Source: Longimicrobiales bacterium (lineage in GTDB: Bacteria; Gemmatimonadota; Gemmatimonadetes; Longimicrobiales; Gaopeijiaceae). From it: a DNA stretch of 64,000 nucleotides. Position numbers and translations under genes: made by a program. Positions 1-9,745 of this stretch are shown piece after piece; positions within the stretch are counted from its first letter, which is position 1; each line of letters starts with the position of its first letter. Below the pieces are notes generated by a model that was given only the letters and a program-made list of their open reading frames with translations, was not told the DNA's origin and made no database searches. The DNA lies in NCBI GenBank assembly GCA_965226375.1, contig CBDDCX010000006.1, forward strand, positions 160,001-224,000, read 5' to 3'.

Positions 1-3
1 TTC

Positions 4-1365
4 GTGAGCCCCGCAAAGCGTTTCGACGCTCCCGCTCCCGGAGCCATGCGACACTTCGACTTTCCTCCGGTTCAGAGTGATCGCCTGGATAACGGACTGC
101 GTATGCGCTCCGTCCAGGCCAACAGACTTCCCATCGTAACGGCGACTCTGGTCCTGGACGCTGGCGAGTCCTCGCTGGATGCGGACCGAGCCGGGCTCGC
201 CGTGCTCACTGGAGACTCACTGGAGGGCGGAACGGAGTCGCGGTCGGGAGCCGAGTTAGCCGAGGCATTGGAGTCGATCGGTGCGGGACTCTCCGTTGGT
301 ACCGGCTGGGACGCCACGACCATCTCGCTCTCGTGTTTACCGGACCGGTTGGACGAGGCCCTGGGTATTCTAGCAGAGGTGGTGCTCCGCTCGAGTTTCC
401 CCGCCGACGAAGTGGATCGGGTGCGGGGTCAGCGCCTGGCCGCCATCGAGCAACGCAAGATGGATCCGCCCAGCATCGCCACCGACGCGGCACGTCGGCT
501 GACCTACGCCGACGGGGTGCCATACGGGCGCCCGCTGGGAGGCGACATCGAGTCGGTGACCGCCTTTGGTCCCGAGGCCGCTGCCGGCTATGTGGAAGCT
601 CGCTATCGACCGGGCGGCGCGGGGTTGGTCCTGGTGGGCGACCTGGATGAGGGGGAGGCCAAGGCCCTGGTGCAGCGCTGCTTCGGAGATTGGAACGGGG
701 CGGCACCGGAGCGGAAGTCCCACCAGGCTGAGCCTAGGGCGCGTGAACGGAACATCGTGATCGTCCACCGTCCCGACGCCGTCCAGTCCGAGATCCGCAT
801 CGGCCATATCGGACAGCCGCGGTCTACTCCGGATTATTTTCCGCTCCTGGTGTTCAACACCATCCTCGGCGGTGCCTTTACCAGCCGTTTGAACCTGAAT
901 CTCCGCGAGCGCCACGGGTTCACCTACGGTGTGCGCTCCGGGTTCGCCTTCCGACGTGACGCCGGGCCCTGGACCATCTCCACGGCCGTGGGCACCGAGG
1001 TGACGGCAGACGCTGTCCGGGAGGCCGTGAACGAGGTGGAGGGCGTGCTCTCAGACGGACCCACGCAAGAGGAAGTTGAGGCGTCGCGCGACTACATGGC
1101 GGGCGTCTTCCCGCTGAGGCTCGAGACCACGGGCCAGATTGCCTCCCGGATCGCGGAGCTGATCATTTATGACCTTCCTGAGGACTATCACGCCACGTAC
1201 AGGGACCGTATCCGTGAGGTTACCCGGGACCAGGCTCTGGACGCCGCGCGACGTTGTATCCGTCCGGACGAGATCACGGTGGTGGTCGGGGGTGACGCCG
1301 AGGCGGTGCGCGGTCCTCTCGAGGAGCTCGGACTGGGGCCGGTGGAGGTTGAAGAGGCTTCCTGA
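4..1365 (+). CDS. M16 (pitrilysin/insulinase) family peptidase, probable non-catalytic beta-type subunit
   Basis: M16 signatures 'LDNGLR', 'ILGGAFTSRLNLNLRERHGFTYG'; no HxxEH zinc motif. Confidence 0.85.
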   Translation: MSPAKRFDAPAPGAMRHFDFPPVQSDRLDNGLRMRSVQANRLPIVTATLVLDAGESSLDADRAGLAVLTGDSLEGGTESRSGAELAEALESIGAGLSVGTGWDATTISLSCLPDRLDEALGILAEVVLRSSFPADEVDRVRGQRLAAIEQRKMDPPSIATDAARRLTYADGVPYGRPLGGDIESVTAFGPEAAAGYVEARYRPGGAGLVLVGDLDEGEAKALVQRCFGDWNGAAPERKSHQAEPRARERNIVIVHRPDAVQSEIRIGHIGQPRSTPDYFPLLVFNTILGGAFTSRLNLNLRERHGFTYGVRSGFAFRRDAGPWTISTAVGTEVTADAVREAVNEVEGVLSDGPTQEEVEASRDYMAGVFPLRLETTGQIASRIAELIIYDLPEDYHATYRDRIREVTRDQALDAARRCIRPDEITVVVGGDAEAVRGPLEELGLGPVEVEEAS

Positions 1366-1584
1366 GCCGATGCCCCTTCCGTAAGGGACGCCTGGAGTCA
1401 TACGAGATGGGCCCGGAGTCACAGAAGCCCGTCTCGCGCGTAAGAATATGGAAGTGGGTTGGTCCACGGTTGGGGTGGTTGGGTCCAAAGGCGTGTCCCG
1501 ATCGTGACATGACACGTCCTCATAGTGGGACGAACAGAAGTGTACATATCGCAGGATCGGCTTGATTTCGGGGCGATCCGGGGG

Positions 1585-1600
1585 TGGCACGGAACCTGCG
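1585..1600 (+). promoter_or_regulatory. Candidate sigma54 (-24/-12) promoter upstream of the ECF sigma gene
   Basis: TGGCACGGAACCTGC = GG-N10-GC, about 35-50 nt upstream of the likely start codons. Confidence 0.5.
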
Positions 1601-1647
1601 GCGAATTTCGTAGGGATTGGTGCGTACCCGTGATGCGGGGGTCAGAC

Positions 1648-2289
1648 GTGACGGAAGCAACGAAACTACAGATCGTGCCCGGGGAGCTGGCAAAGGAGCA
1701 TCGCAAGAGGCTCGGCCAACTGGACGACAGCGAAGTCGTTCGGTCCTTCCTTGCGGGTGACGAACGGGCGTTCGGAGAGCTGGTCAAGCGCTACGACGGG
1801 CGGTTGCTCAACTTCGTCTATCGCACGGTAGGTGACCGAGAGCGTGCCCAGGACCTGGTCCAGGAGACCTTCGTCCGGGTGTATCGCCACATGCAACGCT
1901 TCGATCAGACAAAGAAGTTTTCGACGTGGATCTATACCATTGCCGGGAACCTGGCCAAGAACGAGCTGCGCAACCGGTCCCGGAACCCCCTCATGCTCTT
2001 CCAGGCGATCCGGAAGAACTGGGAGGCCGACCACCGTCCGCTGGAGTGGGAGGACTCGTCCTTCAGGCCCGACGACCTCTACCGCAAACGCTTCCTGAAA
2101 GAACTGGTGGAGAAGGCGGTCGGGGAGTTACCGGAGCATCACCGGATCGTCTTCGTGCTCCGTGAGCTGGAGGGCAAGACGTACGAGGAGATCGCTGAGA
2201 TCACCGGGTGCAACCTCGGAACGGTAAAGAGCCGATTGAACAGGGCGCGCAATAATTTCGCACGACTGATCGGGCCCTCTCTGGACTAG
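1648..2289 (+). CDS. ECF-type sigma-70 factor (RpoE/SigW-like)
   Basis: Region 2 'AQDLVQETFVRVY..FSTWIYTIAGNLAKN'; region 4 'TYEEIAEITGCNLGTVKSRLNRAR'. Start uncertain (GTG 1648 or ATG 1633; ORF open from 1525). Confidence 0.92.
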   Translation: MTEATKLQIVPGELAKEHRKRLGQLDDSEVVRSFLAGDERAFGELVKRYDGRLLNFVYRTVGDRERAQDLVQETFVRVYRHMQRFDQTKKFSTWIYTIAGNLAKNELRNRSRNPLMLFQAIRKNWEADHRPLEWEDSSFRPDDLYRKRFLKELVEKAVGELPEHHRIVFVLRELEGKTYEEIAEITGCNLGTVKSRLNRARNNFARLIGPSLD

Positions 2290-2307
2290 CATATAGGCCG
2301 AACGGAT

Positions 2308-2354
2308 AAAGCGAGGCCTTCAGCGACATTGATCGTTGAAGGCCTCGCTTTTTT
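2308..2354 (+). terminator. Intrinsic terminator after the ECF sigma gene
   Basis: AAAGCGAGGCCTTCA...TGAAGGCCTCGCTTT stem ending in a T run. Confidence 0.8.
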
Positions 2355-2357
2355 CCG

Positions 2358-2384
2358 GGAACCTGTTCAACTCCCCCCGGTAAC
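2358..2384 (+). promoter_or_regulatory. Candidate ECF sigma promoter upstream of the anti-sigma gene
   Basis: GGAACC-N16-GTAAC immediately after the terminator. Confidence 0.45.
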
Positions 2385-2484
2385 ATTCGTGGAGAGGGGA
2401 ACACAGCAAGAGTGCGTTACGTAATATCCCACCTCTCCGACGGATGTCGGATCGGAAGTATCGAGACAGGAGACTGCTTGGCAC

Positions 2485-3033
2485 ATGGATTGCTCGGATT
2501 TTCTACGTGGCTTTTCCGAGTTCTATGACGCTCCTCCGGGCGCGCCGGCCCGAAGGGCTGCCGAGGCCCATATGGAGGAGTGCGAGAAGTGCGCCCGCTA
2601 CGAGCAGGTCGTCTCGCGGGGCGTCAAGCTTCTGCATGCCATGCCACGGGTGGAACTCGCCGAATCCTTCCGCCCCCGCCTGGAACACAGGCTCTTCCAT
2701 ATAGACGATGGTGATGTGCCGGGTCACAGGGGTAGTGGCTCAGCCGTTCCGGTCGCGGCCGCAGTGGGTATGGCCATCCTTCTCGCGGTCATCGCCTGGT
2801 ATCCGTCCCTTGGGCGCGCCACGCCTGAGGTGAGTCTCCCGGCGATTATCGTATCGGCTCCGCCGGCAGGGGAGCCCCTGTTCTCCACCGACGCGTTCGG
2901 CATGCCCGTCATGGCCCCTCGTGCTTTTGGCAGCGGACTGTGGTCGGATCCCAACACGTTGCTCTACGAGTATTCCCCCATGAGCGAGCGATCCCGGAAC
3001 AACTCGATGCTACGCCGAACGGGTCTCGATTGA
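2485..3033 (+). CDS. zf-HC2 zinc-finger membrane anti-sigma factor
   Basis: MDC start, 'AEAHMEECEKC' HxxxCxxC motif, one TM segment; follows the ECF sigma gene. Confidence 0.85.
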   Translation: MDCSDFLRGFSEFYDAPPGAPARRAAEAHMEECEKCARYEQVVSRGVKLLHAMPRVELAESFRPRLEHRLFHIDDGDVPGHRGSGSAVPVAAAVGMAILLAVIAWYPSLGRATPEVSLPAIIVSAPPAGEPLFSTDAFGMPVMAPRAFGSGLWSDPNTLLYEYSPMSERSRNNSMLRRTGLD

Positions 3034-3064
3034 CCGGACTCGAGCCGATGACGCTCCGGGCTAC

Positions 3065-4069
3065 ATGACGAGCCCCCTCCGGAAGGCCCTCGAGCAGGGA
3101 CCCCGGGGCGGGGTTTTCTTCCTTTGGGGTGAGGACGAGCACCGGAAGGGACAGGCCGTGAAGGAGCTCGTGGACGTTCACATCGACGAGTCCACCAAGG
3201 ACTTCAACCTGGACGTGGTTGAGGGTGCGGCCGTGGACGTCGAGGATCTGGCCCGCATCGTGGCCACGCCTCCCATGATGGCCGAGTGGCGGGTAGTGGT
3301 GGTCAGAGGCGCCGAGGCCTTCGCGGGTGCAGCCCGGTCTCGAGATCTGGTGTTGGGCCTGGCCGAGTCCCCGCCGCCCGGTCTCGCCCTCATCCTGACG
3401 GCCCGAATCCCCGATCGGTCCAAGGCAAAGTACTACACCCAGCTCAAGAAGATCGCCCAGTCGGTGGAGTTCCCCGCCATCAGTGCGGATGACGTTCCCG
3501 GGTGGCTGATGGAGCAGAGCGAGTCACGTTTCGCCATGACGCTCGAACCCGAGGCGGCCCGAGCGCTCGCCCACGGGATCGGCACCGATCTGGGAATCCT
3601 TTCGCAGGAACTCGAGAAGCTGGCGGGAGTTGCCAGCGAGGGTGATCGCATCACCATCGAGCACGTACGGGCCGCCGGGACCGTCCTTCCCACGCAGGAC
3701 CGTTGGCGCTGGTTCGACCTGGTGGGCAGCCGCCAATTCGAATGTGCGTCTCGGGGACTTCGAGTCCTGCTGGCCCAGGGTGACAGCGGGGTCGGCCTCA
3801 CCGTGGGTTTGGCCACGCACCTCCTGCGCATCGGGATCGTTGTGGAGCAGGGGCAGGGGGCTATCGAGCAGGTGCTCCCGCCGCACCAGAAGTGGCTGTC
3901 TAGGCAGATTGCCCGGCAAGCCGACGGTTGGACCTCCTCAGCGATTCGTGAGGGAATCCTCGGACTTCTCCGCGTGGACCGGTTGCTCAAGGCGAGCTCA
4001 CTCTCCGACGAACACCACCTGGATGAGTGGCTTCTCACAGTCATGTCGTTCGAAGACGAGGCGGCATGA
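3065..4069 (+). CDS. holA: DNA polymerase III delta subunit
   Basis: 'FFLWGEDE', 'DFNL', 'TPPMMAEWRVVVV', 'GTDLGILSQELEKL', 'DRLLKAS'. Confidence 0.9.
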   Translation: MTSPLRKALEQGPRGGVFFLWGEDEHRKGQAVKELVDVHIDESTKDFNLDVVEGAAVDVEDLARIVATPPMMAEWRVVVVRGAEAFAGAARSRDLVLGLAESPPPGLALILTARIPDRSKAKYYTQLKKIAQSVEFPAISADDVPGWLMEQSESRFAMTLEPEAARALAHGIGTDLGILSQELEKLAGVASEGDRITIEHVRAAGTVLPTQDRWRWFDLVGSRQFECASRGLRVLLAQGDSGVGLTVGLATHLLRIGIVVEQGQGAIEQVLPPHQKWLSRQIARQADGWTSSAIREGILGLLRVDRLLKASSLSDEHHLDEWLLTVMSFEDEAA

Positions 4070-4929
4070 TGGTGGCACGGACATCCCTCGGGTCTCGACC
4101 GGTGGCCCTAACCTTCGCCCTATCCGTACTCGCACTCGTGCTGACCGGGCCTGCTGACGCCGCCGGCCAGCAGGGCCTGGATTCTGTGGATGCCCTGGCT
4201 TCCTCCGGACGCACCGAAGAGGCCCGGGGCGAACTGGAGATTTGGTGGGACAGCACGCGCACCCAGTCCAGTCGCCGCGACCGACAGCGAGGATTGTGGC
4301 TCCGCGCGGTCCTTACCGTGGATCCCGAGATGGCGGCTCTGGATTATCAGCGACTGGTGGTGTCATACCCGGGTGGGCCATATTCCGACCAGGCTTTGGT
4401 ACGCCTGGCCATGATCGTCGGATCCGGTGAAGACCTGTTGGGTGCGGCGGGTTACTACCGTTCTCTGCTGCAAGACTACCCCCGGAGCCCGGAGCGCGTG
4501 GGAGCTCGACAGTGGCTCGCGCAGCACGCGGAAGAGATTGCAGCGGCCGAGGCCGAGGCGGCGCTGGTGGCTGCCGCGGCTCAGGTGGTTGCTGATTCGA
4601 TAGCCGCGGAGGCGCCTCCGGAGCCTGAGGAGCCGGTTTCGGGGGACTCAGCCGAGCAGAGGGGCACTCCCGCTGAGGCGGTCGGGGCATATGCGGTTCA
4701 GCTCGGGGCCTTCTCCACCCAGGAGCGCGCCGATGGACTCGCAAGGACTTTGGCAGCAGCAGGCTTCGAGATACGCGTGGTGCGGGTCGAGAGCAGTCCA
4801 CTGGTGCGAGTACGGATGGGACGGTTTGCCGAGCGATCGGCTGCCTCCGAGTTGATGACGGATGTAGTGGGGTTGGGCTACGACGCGGCGATAGTGTCAG
4901 ACGTGGCGGAAGAGGAACCGATCAGATGA
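4066..4929 (+). CDS. Secreted TPR-like plus SPOR domain protein
   Basis: Signal peptide, 'YPGGPYSDQA' TPR-like segment, C-terminal 'YAVQLGAFS...RVRMGRF' SPOR domain; ATGA overlap with the holA stop. Confidence 0.8.
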   Translation: MMVARTSLGSRPVALTFALSVLALVLTGPADAAGQQGLDSVDALASSGRTEEARGELEIWWDSTRTQSSRRDRQRGLWLRAVLTVDPEMAALDYQRLVVSYPGGPYSDQALVRLAMIVGSGEDLLGAAGYYRSLLQDYPRSPERVGARQWLAQHAEEIAAAEAEAALVAAAAQVVADSIAAEAPPEPEEPVSGDSAEQRGTPAEAVGAYAVQLGAFSTQERADGLARTLAAAGFEIRVVRVESSPLVRVRMGRFAERSAASELMTDVVGLGYDAAIVSDVAEEEPIR

Positions 4930-5495
4930 GCGTAATCGAGCGAACACAAAAGACCGAGTGGGACGTCGTGTTGGCGGAGGACAACGACGACCACGCGTTG
5001 CTCATCGAGATGGCGCTCGAAAGGGCCGTGGACGTACCGGTGGTGATTCGCCGAGCGCGTAATGGTGAAGAAGCCGTCGAGCTGATTCACGAATCAGCCC
5101 CTGACCTCCTGCTCCTGGACCTGAAAATGCCCGGAATGGCCGGACACGAGGTCCTTGAAGCGATCAAGGGAGACGACCGTCTCCGCTCCATCCCCGTAGC
5201 GGTGCTCACCTCATCCGACCGTGATGAAGACGTGGCTAAGAGCTACGGATTGGGCGGGAACCACTTCATTACCAAGCCCGAGAGCCCCGCCGAGCTGGAA
5301 GCGAAGCTCAGGGCCCTGCTCAAGAACCTCACCGAGTTGAAGGGCATTCGCCGGGGATCGACGGGGGCCTCTACCACGGCGGTGAGTGCTGTAGACCCGG
5401 AGGCCATTCTAACGTCCAACGTGGTGCGCTGGGTCGTTGTCGGAGCAGTGCTGTTGGCCCTCTACCTCTTTGGAAAATTCGCGGGCGCTTTCTAG
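4926..5495 (+). CDS. CheY-like response regulator with a C-terminal hydrophobic tail
   Basis: 'LAEDN', 'PDLLLLDLKMPGMAG', 'VLTSS', 'FITKP'. Confidence 0.85.
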   Translation: MSVIERTQKTEWDVVLAEDNDDHALLIEMALERAVDVPVVIRRARNGEEAVELIHESAPDLLLLDLKMPGMAGHEVLEAIKGDDRLRSIPVAVLTSSDRDEDVAKSYGLGGNHFITKPESPAELEAKLRALLKNLTELKGIRRGSTGASTTAVSAVDPEAILTSNVVRWVVVGAVLLALYLFGKFAGAF

Positions 5496-5524
5496 AGGTC
5501 TGTAGCAGTACAGCACCCCCTCGG

Positions 5525-5538
5525 AACCCTCTGGGGTA
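5525..5538 (+). promoter_or_regulatory. Candidate CsoR-type copper operator
   Basis: AACCC-TCTG-GGGTA (C-tract/G-tract inverted repeat) 12 nt upstream of the Cu-ATPase start. Confidence 0.4.
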
Positions 5539-5550
5539 CTCTAGGGCGCC

Positions 5551-7854
5551 ATGGATAACACGACTTCGACAGACCGCTTGGCCGGACCGGTTCTCACGCA
5601 GGAGGTCACGATCAGCGGCATGACCTGTGCCGCCTGCGTCCGCCGGGTGGAGATGGCGCTCGCCGGCGTCTCGGGAATCACGTCCGCCGACGTGAGCCTC
5701 GCCACCGAGTCCGCACGCATAGAGTACGTGCCGGGCGTCCTCGATACGGCGACGATGCGTGACGCCGTGGCCGCCGCGGGCTACGAAGTGGACGCCGCCG
5801 CCGAGGCCGAGAGTATCGAGGAGACGCTCAAGCGCCGAGACGAAGAGCGGGAGCAGGAGGCGCAAAGCCTGTTGCGACGCTTCTGGTTCGGAGCGGCGTT
5901 GGGTCTGCCCGTCGTCATCATCGGGCACGCCCAGTTCATCCCCGGCCTCCAGAACCTCTCGCACGGGACCATGCGTCTGTTGTGGACGCTGAGCGGTGTG
6001 TTGACCGTGCCCATCATGGTGTATGTGGGCGGTCGTTTCTTCACCGGTGGATGGGCCGCCTTCCGAAGGCACGACGCCAACATGGACACGCTGGTGGCGC
6101 TGGGAACCGGGGCGGCGTGGATCTACTCTACGGTGGCGGTCGCCTTCCCGGGCCTGTTCCCCGAGGGAACCGGGCACCCCTTTTACGAAGCGACGGCCGT
6201 GGTCATAACCTTGGTCGTCCTGGGCCAGGCCCTCGAGGCCCGGGCCAAGGGACGCACCTCCCAGGCCGTGCGGCGCCTCATGGATCTGCGGCCGCTAGTG
6301 GCCCGGGTCGTGCGCGACGGCACCGAGGTGGAGGTCCCCGCGGCGGACGTCCAGGTGGGTGAGATCGTGGTAGTTCGTCCTGGCGAGAAGATTCCGGTGG
6401 ACGGCCGCGTCCGTGAGGGCCGGAGCACGGTGGACGAATCCATGGTCACGGGGGAGAGTATCCCGGTCGAGAAGGGGCCCGGAGATGAGGTCGTGGGCGG
6501 CACCATGAACAGCTCCGGTGTCCTGCACTTCCGGGCCGAGCGGGTGGGCCGCGACATGGTCCTGTCCCGAATCGTAGAAATGGTCCGGGCGGCCCAAGGT
6601 GCTAAACCTCCCATCCAGCGGGCCGTCGACGTGGTCGCCAGCTACTTCGTGCCCACGGTAATGATCGTGTCGGTGGTCTCGTTCGCTGTCTGGTACACAT
6701 ATGGTCCCGAACCCGTTCTGAGTTACGCCATGGTGGTGGCCGTGGCCGTGCTCGTCATCGCCTGCCCGTGTGCACTGGGGTTGGCCACACCCATCTCGAT
6801 CATGGTTGCCGTGGGAAAGGCCGCGGAACACGGCATCCTCATTCGGAACGGAGAAGCGCTCCAGCGTGCTCGCACCGTGGACACGGTGGTGCTCGACAAG
6901 ACGGGTACCGTTACGCAGGGAGCGCCCACCCTCACGGATGTGGTCCCGCTCGGTGACGTCCAGGAGGATGAGCTCATACGCGTCGCCGCCGCCGCAGAGA
7001 CCGGCTCCGAGCACCCTTTAGCCCAGGCCGTGGCCGACGGCGCGGCGGACCGCGGCGTCGAGTACACCCCAGCGTCCGACTTCGAGGCGATCCCCGGCGT
7101 GGGTATCCGAGCTACGGTGGACGGACGGGCGGTTCTGGTCGGCACGGCCGCCTTCCTGTCGGAATCGGGAGTGGAGATCACCGCTCTCGAGAAGGAGGCC
7201 TCCAGACTTGCCGAGGCCGGTCGGACCCCCGTCCTGGTGGCGGCCGAAGGGAGGCCCCTCGGGGCGCTGGGCATCGCCGACCCCGTGAAGCAGGAATCGG
7301 CCGCTGCCATCGCCCGGCTGCGGGAGATGGGCCTGGAGGTGGTGATCCTCACGGGAGACCATGAGGCGACCGCCAGGGCCGTGGCTCGGGAGGTCGGGGT
7401 GGAGACCGTGTTCGCGAGGGTCCTCCCGGACCAGAAGGCTCAGCGGATCAAGGAGCTTCAAGAGCAGGGGCGCAGCGTTGCCATGGTGGGAGACGGGATC
7501 AACGATGCTCCCGCGTTGGCTCAGGCGGACGTCGGCGTGGCCATCGGCACCGGGACCGATGTGGCCATCGAGGCCGGCGACGTGACGCTGATGGGGGGCT
7601 CGCTGGAAGGGGTCGTCGAGATGATGGAGATCTCCGAAGCCACCTTCAGGAACATCCGACAGAATCTGGTGGGCGCGTTCATCTACAACGTGCTGGGCAT
7701 CCCAGTGGCCGCAGGAGTCTTTTATCCCTTCCTGGGCATCCTGCTCTCGCCGGTCATTGCGGGGGCCGCCATGGCGTTCAGCTCGGTCACCGTGGTCACC
7801 AACGCCAACCGCTTACGCGGCTTCACACCCCGTGGTGTTGGGGTGCAGGGCTGA
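5551..7854 (+). CDS. copA: Cu(I)-translocating P1B-type ATPase
   Basis: GMTCAAC metal-binding domain, [34 protein letters not shown] and MAFSS motifs. Confidence 0.95.
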   Translation: MDNTTSTDRLAGPVLTQEVTISGMTCAACVRRVEMALAGVSGITSADVSLATESARIEYVPGVLDTATMRDAVAAAGYEVDAAAEAESIEETLKRRDEEREQEAQSLLRRFWFGAALGLPVVIIGHAQFIPGLQNLSHGTMRLLWTLSGVLTVPIMVYVGGRFFTGGWAAFRRHDANMDTLVALGTGAAWIYSTVAVAFPGLFPEGTGHPFYEATAVVITLVVLGQALEARAKGRTSQAVRRLMDLRPLVARVVRDGTEVEVPAADVQVGEIVVVRPGEKIPVDGRVREGRSTVDESMVTGESIPVEKGPGDEVVGGTMNSSGVLHFRAERVGRDMVLSRIVEMVRAAQGAKPPIQRAVDVVASYFVPTVMIVSVVSFAVWYTYGPEPVLSYAMVVAVAVLVIACPCALGLATPISIMVAVGKAAEHGILIRNGEALQRARTVDTVVLDKTGTVTQGAPTLTDVVPLGDVQEDELIRVAAAAETGSEHPLAQAVADGAADRGVEYTPASDFEAIPGVGIRATVDGRAVLVGTAAFLSESGVEITALEKEASRLAEAGRTPVLVAAEGRPLGALGIADPVKQESAAAIARLREMGLEVVILTGDHEATARAVAREVGVETVFARVLPDQKAQRIKELQEQGRSVAMVGDGINDAPALAQADVGVAIGTGTDVAIEAGDVTLMGGSLEGVVEMMEISEATFRNIRQNLVGAFIYNVLGIPVAAGVFYPFLGILLSPVIAGAAMAFSSVTVVTNANRLRGFTPRGVGVQG

Positions 7855-7943
7855 TGGCCACGGACGTAATCCTGGTGAACGTCGGGGCGGTACTCGCCAT
7901 CGTTTGGATCGTGTGGTACTTCTGGCTCTCGGAGAAGCGCTAG
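7854..7943 (+). CDS. 29-aa single-TM peptide translationally coupled to copA ([29 protein letters not shown])
   Basis: TGATG stop/start overlap; resembles the N-terminal anchor of copA-linked cupredoxin proteins. Confidence 0.65.
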   Translation: MATDVILVNVGAVLAIVWIVWYFWLSEKR

Positions 7944-7968
7944 AGGTCGCCACGCCGGGGCCGGCCCC

Positions 7969-9045
7969 TCAATCGCCCGCCAGCGCCCTCTCCCAGCCGT
8001 CCAACATACTCTCGTATGAAAAGCGTTCCCGGGATCGCTCGCTCGCGGCCCTTCCCATAGCGTTTCGGACGTGTCGGTCGTAGACGATGGAGTTTATCGC
8101 GGAGGCGATCTCCGGCGGGGCGAAGCCGGTTACGAGGCCCGGCGGCTGACCGTCCGGTCCCGGCTCCAACGCCTCTCGTGCTCCCGACACATCGGTGGAT
8201 ACCACCGGCACGCCGCGCGACATCGCCTCGAGCATCACGCCGGCCATGCCCTCCCGGTCGGACGTGATGACCAACACATCCAGCGCGTCCATCAAGGCTC
8301 CCAGGTCCGGACAGTAGCCCAGAAAGCGTACCCGGTCGCGCAGCCCCAGCTTGTTGGCGAGCTGTCCCAGCGCTCCCCGCAAAGGCCCCTCACCGGCCAC
8401 GGCCAGATGGGCATCGTTCGGCAGAAAGACCATGGCCTCCAGAAGGCGGTCGAATCGCCTCTTGGACACGAGCCGCCCGACGCTTCCCACCAGCGGGACG
8501 TCCACGGGAAGGCCCAGCGCGCGACGGGCCTCCTCGGGGTTCCTCCTCTGTCCGACGGGAGGCAGACCTTTGTAGATGGTGACGAAGCGGTCCTCGAGGT
8601 CCGGTAGTTGCTCGACGTAGGACCTGCGCATCCGGTCGACTACGAACACGAGCTGATCCACCCAGCGCTTCAGCGCAAAGCGGTACTTGAGACCCCGGGG
8701 CGTGTCGGTTGACAGGCCGACGCGCCCCACCACCCGTGGCACCCCCGCGATCTGGGCGGCTAGGCCGGCGAGCCAGATCTTCTGGAACGTACCCACCAGA
8801 AGCGCGTCCGGCTTTTCAGCGCGGAGCGCCCTGCCCAACAGGACGGAGTCGTACACCGCGAGGTCTCGTCCAAGATGCACACGCCGGGTGTCGATGCCCC
8901 TTGCCCGTGCCCCCTGCATGACCGCCGAGCGGTTGGCGAACAGGGTCACGTCGTGTCCCCGTTCGGCCAAGCCGGCTAGAATGTCGGTGAGAGCACTCTC
9001 CGCGCCACCCCACTCGGGGGCGCCGCTATGGGCGATGATGCGCAT
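7969..9045 (-). CDS. Glycosyltransferase family 4 (GT-B fold)
   Basis: 'GGAE', 'VGRLVSKRRFD', 'SDREGMAGVMLEAMSRGVPVVSTDVSG'. Confidence 0.9.
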   Translation of the reverse strand: MRIIAHSGAPEWGGAESALTDILAGLAERGHDVTLFANRSAVMQGARARGIDTRRVHLGRDLAVYDSVLLGRALRAEKPDALLVGTFQKIWLAGLAAQIAGVPRVVGRVGLSTDTPRGLKYRFALKRWVDQLVFVVDRMRRSYVEQLPDLEDRFVTIYKGLPPVGQRRNPEEARRALGLPVDVPLVGSVGRLVSKRRFDRLLEAMVFLPNDAHLAVAGEGPLRGALGQLANKLGLRDRVRFLGYCPDLGALMDALDVLVITSDREGMAGVMLEAMSRGVPVVSTDVSGAREALEPGPDGQPPGLVTGFAPPEIASAINSIVYDRHVRNAMGRAASERSRERFSYESMLDGWERALAGD

Positions 9046-9071
9046 GGGTTTTATGGTGGTTGTCGCGCTAT

Positions 9072-9629
9072 CTAGCCGCCGATGTACTTGCTCGGGATCT
9101 GATTGTCAGGCCGCTCCGAGTCCCAAAAGATCGAAATGACCCACCACCGGTTGCCATCGTTCAGAAGTTGTATCGAGTTGATCCCCCGGCTGAAGGCCGT
9201 GTCGGGGTCCCCTCGATCCTGGCGGAATGAGGCGTAGGTGCTGAAGGCGTGCGTGATATTCCCGAACGTCTCCGTGGTGCGGCGGATCTCGTCTTCGGTA
9301 AAGCCGATGTTCTTGAGATTCTCCGCCCCGTTGGACCAGTACGCGTCGGGCGACATCATGCGGAAACCGATCTGACCTTCCGGATTCCGTCCTGTCGGGA
9401 TAAGGCGGGCTCCCTCGGCGAAGAGCGACACGAAGCGGTCCCGGTCGCGGTCTTGACCCATGGGGCCCGAGATCACGTCGTACAGGGCCGTGATGATGGC
9501 ACCGACCGAGCCCACGTCATCGGGGTTGGCGGCGGACGCCTGGTCCTGGGCCTGAATCGGGGCGGCTAGCATGAGCGCGAGAGCCACCACACAGGTGCCC
9601 ATCGTCGGTGCGAACACGGATCTGAGCAT
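9072..9629 (-). CDS. Secreted NTF2-like conserved hypothetical protein
   Basis: CAGGAGG RBS before ATG 9629, signal peptide, 'ALYDVISGP', 'RGINSIQL..DGNRWWVISIFW'. Confidence 0.7.
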   Translation of the reverse strand: MLRSVFAPTMGTCVVALALMLAAPIQAQDQASAANPDDVGSVGAIITALYDVISGPMGQDRDRDRFVSLFAEGARLIPTGRNPEGQIGFRMMSPDAYWSNGAENLKNIGFTEDEIRRTTETFGNITHAFSTYASFRQDRGDPDTAFSRGINSIQLLNDGNRWWVISIFWDSERPDNQIPSKYIGG

Positions 9630-9745
9630 CCGATGATCCTCCTGAAAGTAAGTCTGGTTGATCGGGTTCCGGCGGGTGGGTATCCTACGTGATGTGACCT
9701 CAACCCTTACGCTCGACACGGCGCTCGAGCCCCTGACCCTGCGAA

